Positions 53,273-61,223 of a stretch of DNA of 64,000 nt are shown piece by piece; the stretch's first letter is position 1; each line of letters opens with the position of its first letter. The DNA comes from an uncultured delta proteobacterium (GTDB lineage: Bacteria > Myxococcota_A > Polyangia > Fen-1088): assembly GCA_963824555.1 (NCBI GenBank), contig CAWGPW010000007.1, positions 26,186 to 90,185 on the forward strand, written 5' to 3'. Made by a program: the position numbers and the translations under genes. The notes below the pieces were generated by a model, which was given only the letters and a program-made list of their open reading frames with translations, did not search any database and was not told where the DNA came from.

Positions 53273-54700
53273 CTAGGGGAACTTCAGCGATGTAAAGGCC
53301 GCTTGGATGTTCGCCATCATTGCCTGGATTTCGCTCGCGCTCATGACGTTATTCGTAAAGAGAGACTCGCGCATGAGGACCGGATCCGGCTGGCTCAAGT
53401 CGCCCCCGCCGCCAAGGTGGATGGCCGTCCCCGCGTTGAGCTTCCCCGCCTTGGGAGGCGATTTCGTAACCCCTTGGTTGCTGTTCAGGTTAATAATCAC
53501 AGCGTTCGCGGTCGGGTCGTACTGGGTCACGACCATGGCGTTGTCGACGGGTGACGTACCGTAGTCGTACATGTCGTTGTTTTCCTCCTCCTCTGCGCCG
53601 ACGCAATATTTGTTGGATGCTCCGCAGTTGGTGGCAATGCAGCAGCCGCCCGAATCCTTCCACCCGTACGCCAGGGCGAGCATGAAATCGGTCCCGGTGG
53701 TGTCGCTCGCGTTGTACTTGTGGGTAAGGCCGATGACGCCGCAACAATAGACTTGATTGGCGACCGGCTTTCCATTGTACATGATGCCCATGGCCTTCGA
53801 CCCACCGTTGATGCCGGTCGCAAAATTGTCGCCGGAGAGCGCATATTCCTGCGGCGAAACCGTCGTGAGGATCGGCAAGCCCGTCGCCGACTCGATCGTG
53901 AACTTCGCGGCGCAAGTGTAGCCGCCGGCGCTGCAGTCCGGCTTCCAGGGTGTGTTCCACACGCCCGGTACTAGATCGTTACTCCCTTTGTGGATCTGGG
54001 CGTAGATCTTCGAGACCACGCAATTCGACTGGCTTGAGCCGCAGTAGGCGCTCCAGGTCGTCATGTCCGCCTTGTGGTCGCTGGTCTGGCCGATATCGAG
54101 CGTCGCCGCTTTCGCGTCCGAGGCCTTTCCGAGCTGAAAGAGCGGCCCTGTGTAGCTCGCCGTCATGGCCCTCGCCACGCTGTACGCCTCCGCGCACCCG
54201 CTGCCGAGCACATCACAGGGGCCTTGGTAGGCCACTTGGGTGCCGCCTGCCCCGGTCTGGCCACCGCTTCCCGTGGTCCCACCGGAGGCCGTCGTGCCGC
54301 CGGAAGCTGTTGCTCCCCCGCGAGCAGTCGCCCCGCCCCCTCCCTGTTGACCGCCAGAGCTGATGATGCCGCCGGTGAGGGTGGCGCCTCCACTGCCGCT
54401 GGTGCCGGCGCTCGAAGTCGTTCCACCCTTGGCCGTGATGCCGCCGCTGCCGATCGCGCCGCCAGCTGAGCTGGTCGTGCCGCCGGCTGAGCTGGTCGTG
54501 CCGCCGGCTGAGCTGGTCGTGCCACCGGCCGAGCTGGTGGTCCCGCCGCTGCCCGAGCTGCCGCCGGCGCCACCCGATTGATCCTGTCCACCGCTACTCG
54601 TGGTGCCTCCTGATTGCGCCGCTCCACCCGGGGTGGTCGTGCTGCAACCTGAAAGAGCCAGGAGTGTGGCTACACCTGAGAAAAGAACACGAACTCTCAT
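53273..54700 (-). CDS. Lipoprotein with a divergent GH54-catalytic-like (ConA-fold) domain
   Basis: AAGGAG RBS, MRVRVLFSGVATLLALSGC and a Gly-rich tether. Then GPCDVLGSGCAEAYSVARAMTASYTGPLFQL…, which aligns with the PCDIYAA…ALYGAYNGKLYQV start of the GH54 gene. The CCFDYGN motif is absent. Confidence 0.8.
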   Translation of the reverse strand: MRVRVLFSGVATLLALSGCSTTTPGGAAQSGGTTSSGGQDQSGGAGGSSGSGGTTSSAGGTTSSAGGTTSSAGGTTSSAGGAIGSGGITAKGGTTSSAGTSGSGGATLTGGIISSGGQQGGGGATARGGATASGGTTASGGTTGSGGQTGAGGTQVAYQGPCDVLGSGCAEAYSVARAMTASYTGPLFQLGKASDAKAATLDIGQTSDHKADMTTWSAYCGSSQSNCVVSKIYAQIHKGSNDLVPGVWNTPWKPDCSAGGYTCAAKFTIESATGLPILTTVSPQEYALSGDNFATGINGGSKAMGIMYNGKPVANQVYCCGVIGLTHKYNASDTTGTDFMLALAYGWKDSGGCCIATNCGASNKYCVGAEEEENNDMYDYGTSPVDNAMVVTQYDPTANAVIINLNSNQGVTKSPPKAGKLNAGTAIHLGGGGDLSQPDPVLMRESLFTNNVMSASEIQAMMANIQAAFTSLKFP

Positions 54701-54880
54701 GTGACTGCTCCTTCGGCGGTTAAGACTCTCGGCGAGCTGCACTCGAGCCCTATCCAAACTATCCCCTCTACCCAAGGGAAGACAACCCCTATTTGCTCAG
54801 GTGGTTCCACTCTCCCTGCGAGCCGGGTGTGGAAAACTCCCGCTTGAATCGCGTGGGTCGAGCTTCTACGCTCTTGCCCC

Positions 54881-57009
54881 GTGCAGGCGAGGTACCCACG
54901 GAGCCCGGTCCCGAGCTCGGTCCGACGACGTTTCCGCAATGGCCGAGCGCCGCGGGTCGGCCTGACCTCCCTGGTGCTCGCCGGTCTTTGGGCCGGCAAC
55001 GGACGCGCGGCGCAGCCGGCACCGGTGGCCCAAGCGCCGCCAGCGGCTCAAACGGCGCCGGCCCGCGGCGGGCTCATGGTGGTCGAGGGGGGACGCTTCG
55101 TGGGCCAGACGACGCCCGAGAACGCGCGCCGGGACGGGTTCACCGTGGTCGATCTTTCGGATAACTGGCTGCAGCACATCTTCTCGGAGGAGCCCGGCAA
55201 ACCGCAGCCGCTGCGGCCCGATTTGATCGCCCTAGCCAACGGACGGCTGCCCGGGGAAAAACCTTCGCGCGCGCCCGCGAAGACCGTTACTTCGAAGCCT
55301 TCGGAGTGTTCCCCAGCCTGAACCTGCTGCGCCGGCGGCTGGCAGACAGCAAGCGCCACGCTTGCCACGACAAGGTGGCGGACAAGGCACTGGAACAGAT
55401 GTCCCCCAAGAGTGTGATCGTGCCGGAAGAGCCGGAGAAGTCCTCGAGCACCCCGGAAGACGGCGCACCGGCCGACCTCGCGCCCGCACCGGAGGCGCCG
55501 CCGCGGAAGCCCTTGAGCCCCGCGGCTCAGCGGGCGGTGATCGCGATGCAGGCGCACCTGCGCTGCGAAGGCCTGCTATTGCACGGGGCAAAGCGCGCCC
55601 GCATGGATCCCCGGACGGTCGCGGGCCTGCAGCTCTATCAGCGGATGCTCATGATCGCGGACAACGGACGCATCGATCTCGAGACCCGCACCGCGCTGTT
55701 GGCCGATAGCCGCGAGCACGACTTCCGGGCGCTGCTGCGCGCGCTTCGCGAGCGGGTTGTCGACGTCACCGGGCTGATCGAAGACGGCTCGGCCCTGGGT
55801 GTCCTCGGCGAGGTACAGGGGCGCGTGCTCGACAGCGCCGAGTTCCGGCCGCTGCCGGTAGAAGCGACCGGTGCCGGCACCAAGGTCACGCCGGCGCCGG
55901 ATCTGATTGCCGCGGCCACCCAGGCCGCCAGCCAGGCGCTGGGGTGGACGTCGCCCGACGCCGTCCTCGCGAGCACGCTGGTGGTGACTCCTGCGCCGCC
56001 GCCTGCCTCGCGACGGCCCCCACACAAAGTGGCCGCGTCCGGTGCGCTTGCGCCCTTGCCCACGGCCGTCGCCATCCGCCTACCGCCGCTGCCGGCCTAC
56101 CACGGCCCCAAGATGGATCTACGGGCGGAAATCGATCGCGGCGAAGTTGTCCTGAAGCGGCCGGCCCTCGACAAGGACGGCAAGAAGAAGTGGCATCCTC
56201 CCGTCGCCGATCGCCCGACCCTCACGTTGTACGCGCGCGTGGGCGAACGCGAGGTGGCGCTGTGCCGCTGGCCAACCACCATCGGGGGCTGGAAGACCAT
56301 CGAGCGCTCCGACGGTACTATGGCGCTCAAGTACAAAGAGTCCGTCACGGGCGAAGCCCTATGGCCCGAGATTCTCGCTACCCCGACCTGGCACCCGTCG
56401 TCGGGCCTGCCCACCCGCAGGCTGCTCGTCAAGCGGGGCGACGGCTGGGCGCCCAAGGCCGAGGTCATCGGCCCAGGCTACCGCGCGGCCTACGGGCTGG
56501 TGGCGATCACCCACCTGCAGATTGAGGGGCGCGACGAGCACGGCGAACCGCAGCTCATGGACCACCGTATTCGGACCCACGGCACACCCGCCTACCGATC
56601 GGTCAAACGCGGCGAGAGCAGCGGCTGCCACCGGCTGTACAACCACCTGGCCCTGCGCCTGGCCGGCTTCCTGGTGCGACACCGGGCGAACATTCGCCAA
56701 GGCCTCGTGCCCGAGGATTACGTGCGACACCTCCAATACAAGGGCCAGGAAGTGGACCTCGAGGACGACAACAAGGGCTACCGCTTCGAGCTCGTGCCGC
56801 CCGTGCCCGTGACCATCCTCCACGGCGACGTCCGCGGCAGCGCCAGAATCCGTCAAGGGCACGGTGCCGCTGATGGTGGAACCGTAGGGGCGAGTCGTGG
56901 ACCACGAGTCACGTGCCCTCGATTCATGAGCCGGCCTCCCGGCCTGACCGAAGGTAATGCCCCACCCTGGCCTCCCAGCCGGCCTCCCGGCCTCCCTGAC
57001 CGAAGGTAA
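54881..57009 (+). pseudogene. L,D-transpeptidase (YkuD-domain) protein; apparent -1 frameshift in the A5 run 55257-55261; 3' end runs into a repeat array
   Basis: ORF 54881..55321 has a signal peptide and ends …ALANGRLPGEK. ORF 55306..57009, whose frame is open further upstream, reads TFARAREDRYFEAFGVFPSLNLL…. A6 instead of A5 fuses them. The YkuD catalytic motif is IRTHGTPAYRSVKRGESSGCHRLYN. The last ~25 codons are translated REP-like repeats, so the true stop is uncertain. Confidence 0.8.
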
Positions 57010-57494
57010 TGCCCCACCCTGGCCTCCCAGCCGACCTCCGGCCTCCCTGACCGAAGGTAATGCCCCACCCTGGCCTCCCAGCCGACCTCCGGCCTCCCTG
57101 ACCGAAGGTAATGCCGGCCTCCCTGCCTCCCTGACCGAAGGTAATGCCCCACCCTGGCCTCCCAGCCGACCTCCCGGCCTGACCGAAGGTAATGCCCCCG
57201 GGCACGGTGCCGCTGATGGTGGAACAGTAGGTGCGGGGAACTACCTTGGTGAGACGGCACGATCTCGATTGAGCTTTCTCAGATCGCGCTCGTAGCACGG
57301 CTGGCTGCCCTGCTTGTCCCTGTGCAGGACCACCATCCTCTTTTCCCCTGCTCGCCCTACCGCTTGGTGATTTTCGGCCCCACATACGCCACCCCCACCC
57401 CTACCCCCACCCCGGTCTCCCTGACCGAAGGTAATGTGCGGCGGCCTTGACCCTTGGCGGACCGAAGGTAATGCGAATCGCGACCGACGGTAAT
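56944..57494 (+). repeat. Array of at least 9 REP-like motifs (CTGACCGAAGGTAATGC; core ACCGA[A/C]GGTAAT), all in the same orientation
   Basis: Core starts read at 56947, 56999, 57050, 57101, 57134, 57182, 57424, 57461 and 57483. Spacing is 33-52 bp within the main block. Confidence 0.85.
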
Positions 57495-57674
57495 GAAAGG
57501 TCGCATGACAAACGACAGGGGTGACAGCGGCTTCGGCCATGAGACAGGGGTCAGGAATGGCTGTGACACGCCTCTCACGCATGCGTCACGCTCCACAGGG
57601 TGGCATTTACTCTAGACATGAGTGCAGGCGCATACCGTGCCGAGGCGGCAAACCGACGATCAGCTCGCGACTGG

Positions 57675-58625
57675 CTATGTTGGCGCCGCGCGTCCTACAG
57701 GTAGCGCCGACGCCGTTCGCACGGTTTCGACGATATCGCACAGAACGCGCGCGAACTTGCGCATCCAGTAGGTGCCGCACGGGAAGCGCACGTCGGCGAT
57801 ACCAGCCATCCACGATTTGATCGCGAACTTGTAGCTCTCGAGAAACGCCTTGTTGCGCTGGATAGCCTCGATTCTCGACCACTTGTCTTTGGCTGCAATG
57901 CGCGGGCAGACACCGAAGCGGGGGGCGGCGCTTTGCGGAGAATCGAACGGCTTTTGCGCAAGAACCGCCTGCCGCCCTAGAACGCTTTTGGCGGCAACAA
58001 GTCGACGCTCGCGATGTTCCGCCTCGGCAGCACGCACGCGCTCGGCGACGAGAGCGTGCCATTCCTCTTCGGCCTGGCTGGCGAAGCCGCGCGGACGGCA
58101 GATGGGGACAGCGACGACCTCTGGCTGCTCCCCGTCTGGCCGGAAAAAGAAGGTGGGGCGTGTTGCTGTCATCTGGCATGTTGAGAGTGCATTCCGGAAG
58201 CTGCTGACCCCAGGCCATTCTTCAGCGGTGTCAACGAGGCCAGCAGCACAAGGGTTGGCGTAGGCGTAGACCATTTTTGCGAGGACATCGTCGGGCTCGA
58301 CCAGTCGGACAACAGACGTTGGGTCGGACGACCAGAATGCCTCGAAGCGGCCGAGATGGGTGTTCAGGCAGCGAGCAAGGAGAGCGTGAAAATGCTCGGC
58401 AAAGACCGGGAAATTGCCGTCTGGGTCGTGCACGCCCGCGTGATAGTGGTTGGACATTGCGACGACAAAAAGGATGTCGACCTTTGCCCGGCGGGCAGCG
58501 AGAGCAAGACAGTAGATGAATGCGTTGTTGGTTTCCTGGTCCGGAAGCAGGAAGAAGCGCCGCTCGGAACAGCGGCGAGTGATCATATAGTCGCAACCGG
58601 GCAGGACTTGGCGTGGGAGGGTCAC
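57675..58625 (-). CDS. REP-associated tyrosine transposase (RAYT)-like Y1/HUH transposase
   Basis: GTG start. …GCDYMITRRCSERRFFL…ILFVVAMSNHYHAGVHDP (HUH = HYH)…MVYAYANPCAAGLV (Tyr motif Y..NP..AGLV). 316 aa, flanked by inverted REP-like arrays. Confidence 0.85.
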   Translation of the reverse strand: MTLPRQVLPGCDYMITRRCSERRFFLLPDQETNNAFIYCLALAARRAKVDILFVVAMSNHYHAGVHDPDGNFPVFAEHFHALLARCLNTHLGRFEAFWSSDPTSVVRLVEPDDVLAKMVYAYANPCAAGLVDTAEEWPGVSSFRNALSTCQMTATRPTFFFRPDGEQPEVVAVPICRPRGFASQAEEEWHALVAERVRAAEAEHRERRLVAAKSVLGRQAVLAQKPFDSPQSAAPRFGVCPRIAAKDKWSRIEAIQRNKAFLESYKFAIKSWMAGIADVRFPCGTYWMRKFARVLCDIVETVRTASALPVGRAAPT

Positions 58626-58654
58626 GCTGGCTTATCGGTGGCCGGCACGGGGAA

Positions 58655-59175
58655 GTTGCTTGGGAATTACCGTCGTTCGGGGTTCCGGGAAAATTCCGTT
58701 GGGGTTCCCGGGAAAATTACCGTCGGTTGGGGTTCCGGTTGGAGGGGTCCCGCCCGGTTGGGGTTCCGCCGGGGTTCCGCCGGGAAAATTACCGTCGGTT
58801 GGGGTTCCGCGGTTCCTGCTTGGGAATTACCGTCGTTCGGGGTTCCGGGAAAATTACCATCGGTTGGGGTTTCGGGGTTTCGGGGTTTCGGGAGGGGTCC
58901 CGCCCGGTTGGGGTTCCGGCGGGGTTCCGCCGGGAAAATTACCGTCGGTTGGGGTTCCGCGGGGTTGGAAAATTACCGTCGGTTGGGGTTCCGGAGGAGG
59001 GGTCCCGCCCGGTTGGGGTTCCGGCGGGGTTCCGCCGGGAAAATTACCGTCGGTTGGGGTTCCGGGGTTCCGGGGTTGGAAAATTACCGTCGGTGGGGTT
59101 CCGGGTTCCGGGAAAATTACCGTCGTTTGGGGTTCCGGGGTTCCGGGTTCGGGGTTCCGGGGGTTCCGGGTTCCG
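58655..59175 (-). repeat. Array of at least 11 REP-like motifs (GGGAA(A)ATTACCGTCGGTTGGGGTTCC), the reverse complement of the left-array core
   Basis: ATTACCGTCG occurs near 58666, 58716, 58788, 58826, 58853 (variant), 58938, 58971, 59043, 59081 and 59116, with a degenerate copy near 58692. Higher-order ~70-160-bp duplications are visible. Confidence 0.9.
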
Positions 59176-59527
59176 GTTGGGGTCAGCCGAGCCCCAACGC
59201 TTGGTATCCGGCCAACCTCGCCGCACTCGTCGTGGGGAATTCCGAGCCCGCCGCGGGACGCTTCCTTTTCGGGTCCGGACACCGCGCGTTCGCCATGGCC
59301 ACACACGCCGAAGTCGCGTTCGCCCTCGCCGGCAACCTGTGCCTACTGGCGTCCTTGCTGAGGCGTCGGATGGGCGCGGTCCTTCATGACCTGGACCCGG
59401 CGGCACGGGACGTCCGCCACCCTAGCGTAGCGTTCGGCGCGGCGTCTCCCCTTGCCCGGCCAGTGAATCGACCCAAGCGCGAACGCGCGAGATCTCGCCG
59501 TCGAATACCGTTGGTGCGCATCGCTCC

Positions 59528-59557
59528 TTGACATGCAAGCGTTTACTTGCATATTTA
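59528..59557 (+). promoter_or_regulatory. Sigma70-like promoter (TTGACA-N18-TATTTA) overlapped by a 7-bp inverted repeat (ATGCAAG-N6-CTTGCAT), a candidate ArsR operator
   Basis: TTGACA at 59528-33, inverted-repeat arms at 59533-39 and 59546-52, TATTTA at 59552-57. The ATG at 59565 follows 8 nt later, which implies a leaderless or near-leaderless mRNA. Confidence 0.45.
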
Positions 59558-59564
59558 CCGCACT

Positions 59565-59912
59565 ATGAGCGACGCGGATTTGCTGTTCAAGGCGCTAGCC
59601 GACCCGGGGCGGCGCAAGCTCATGGACCGTCTGCACGCGCACGATGGCCAAACGTTGAGCGCGCTGTGTCGGCACTTGGACATGACCCGGCAAGGTGTCA
59701 CCCAGCACCTTGCCCTGCTCGAGGCGGCCAACCTGGTAGCAGTGCAGTGGCGTGGGCGCGAGAAGCTGCACTTCCTCAACCCGGTGCCGCTGCAGGAAAT
59801 CTACGACCGCTGGATTTGCAAGTTCGAGCGGCCACGCCTCAAGGCGCTGCGCGACTTGAAACGCCGTCTGGAGAAACACCCTGACAACAACCCAACATGG
59901 AGAACGCCATGA
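59565..59912 (+). CDS. ArsR/SmtB-family transcriptional regulator
   Basis: MSDADLLFKALADPGRRKLMDRLHAHDGQTLSALCRHLDMTRQGVTQHLALLEAANLV… is a winged HTH. The track ORF starts earlier at a TTG that lies inside the promoter. Confidence 0.9.
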   Translation: MSDADLLFKALADPGRRKLMDRLHAHDGQTLSALCRHLDMTRQGVTQHLALLEAANLVAVQWRGREKLHFLNPVPLQEIYDRWICKFERPRLKALRDLKRRLEKHPDNNPTWRTP

Positions 59913-60371
59913 ACACATCGAACCGAAGCCACTTCGTCTACGTCACCGTCATCCGCACCACGCCCGCGAAGCTGTGGGAGGCGCTGACCGAGCCGCAGTT
60001 CATCCGCCAGTACTGGTTCGGCACCACCATCGAGTGCGGCTGGAAGAAGGGGTCGCCCTGGAAAATGGTCAGCCCGGACGGAACCCTGACCGACATGGGC
60101 GAGATCCTGGAGATCGACCCGCCCCGGCGCATGGTCATTCGCTGGCTGCACGCGTGGAAGCCCGAGCTCAAGGCCGAAGGCCCAAGCCGCTGCACCTTCG
60201 AGCTCGAGCCCGTGGACAGCGCGGTGAAGCTCACTATCACCCACGAAAATCGACCGGCTGGAGTCCAAGCTCATCACCGCCGTGTCCGGTGGCTGGCCGC
60301 TCATTCTCTCCAACCTGAAGTCGTTGCTTGAAACAGGCGAGGTCGCCCTCACGACCCATCCCGCGCATTGA
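59909..60371 (+). pseudogene. SRPBCC / AHSA1-like protein; 1-nt insertion in the A4 run 60246-60249
   Basis: MNTSNRSHFVYVTVIRTTPAKLWEALTEPQFIRQYWFG…VKLTITHE, then a frame change to IDRLESKLITAVSGGWPLILSNLKSLLETGEVAL…*. Removing one A restores the family C-terminus GW..L..LK.LLE.G. The ATGA start overlaps the ArsR stop. Confidence 0.8.
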
Positions 60372-60500
60372 GGAATCGCACTCAGACCTTGGTCGGCGCG
60401 CTCGTGCCGGAAAATCCCCGGCGCAAACTGTGGATGGTGGAGCCCGGCCGCGTTCGCGAGCACGCCGTAACAGAGTAGCTCGGCCAACCGGAGCAGGTCG

Positions 60501-61193
60501 TCATGCCTCGCTCTCCACGATCTTGCCATCGTCCACATGGACCACGCGCTTGGCGTGCTTGGTGACCCGCGGGTCGTGGGTCGAGAACAAGAAGGTCACG
60601 CCCTTCTCTTGATTCAGCCGCTGCATGATGGCTATGATCTGCTCGCTGGTCTTGGAGTCGAGGTTGGCGGTCGGCTCATCGGCGAGCACGAGCTCCGGGT
60701 TGGTGATGAGCGCACGGGCGATGGCAACCCGTTGCCGTTGCCCACCGGACAGCTCGTCCGGGCGATGCTTGAGGTAAGGGGTCAGTCCCACCTCGTCGGC
60801 TAGCGCGTGCACGCGGCGACGCAGCGAAGAGGCCGACTCGCGCTGCTTGCGCATGAGGCACGGGAACTCGATATTCTCTACCACGTCGAGCACGGGAATC
60901 AGGTTGAACGATTGGAAGATGAAGCCGATGTTCTCGTTGCGCAGGCCGGCCAGCTTGTCGAAATCGCGGTCGCCCACATCGGTGCCTTTGAACTGGTAGC
61001 GTCCGCTGGTGGGACGGTCGAGGCAGCCGACGATGTTGAGCAAGGTCGACTTGCCCGAGCCCGACGGGCCCATGATGACGGTGAACTCGCCCTTTTCGAC
61101 ATGGAGATTGACGCCCTGGAGGGCGGGCACGCGGGTCTTGCCGAGGTCGTAGATTCTGGTGACGTCTTGCATGGATACGAGCGTGTTTGGCAT
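60501..61193 (-). CDS. ABC transporter ATP-binding protein (LolD/MacB-type)
   Basis: Walker A GPSGSGKST, signature LSGGQRQRVAIARAL, Walker B LVLADEPT. Confidence 0.95.
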   Translation of the reverse strand: MPNTLVSMQDVTRIYDLGKTRVPALQGVNLHVEKGEFTVIMGPSGSGKSTLLNIVGCLDRPTSGRYQFKGTDVGDRDFDKLAGLRNENIGFIFQSFNLIPVLDVVENIEFPCLMRKQRESASSLRRRVHALADEVGLTPYLKHRPDELSGGQRQRVAIARALITNPELVLADEPTANLDSKTSEQIIAIMQRLNQEKGVTFLFSTHDPRVTKHAKRVVHVDDGKIVESEA

Positions 61194-61223
61194 GGTGGTC
61201 CTTTCGTTGTCTTTGGATCGAAT

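Noticed and set aside
56853-57385. ORFs on both strands across the left REP-like array (for example 56853..57260, 56924..57385, 56957..57295)
   Set aside because: Same reason as above: multi-frame, repeat-derived peptides (LTEGNAPPWPPSRPP…). They are open frames created by the repeat.
57241-57582. 113-aa minus-strand ORF between the left repeat block and the RAYT gene (…MVVLHRDKQGSQPCYERDLRKLNRDRAVSPR*)
   Set aside because: Most of it is repeat- or low-complexity-derived (GGGRGGGG). Only the last ~30 codons look protein-like, and I recognise no family. It may be a gene fragment but the call is unsupported.
56944-59175. Possible CRISPR arrays
   Set aside because: The units are only ~17-27 bp and the spacing is irregular (10-50 bp). 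The material between units is itself repeated rather than made of unique spacers. No cas genes are present. The two arrays are mutually inverted around a Y1 transposase gene, which fits a REP/RAYT system instead.
58356-59531. Long ORFs (391, 258 and 233 aa, and minus-strand ones) running through the right REP-like array, rich in GFRGSG / GVPPGW peptides
   Set aside because: They are translations of the tandem DNA motif in several frames simultaneously and on both strands. They have no start context and no protein-like composition. The periodicity is a nucleotide-level repeat.
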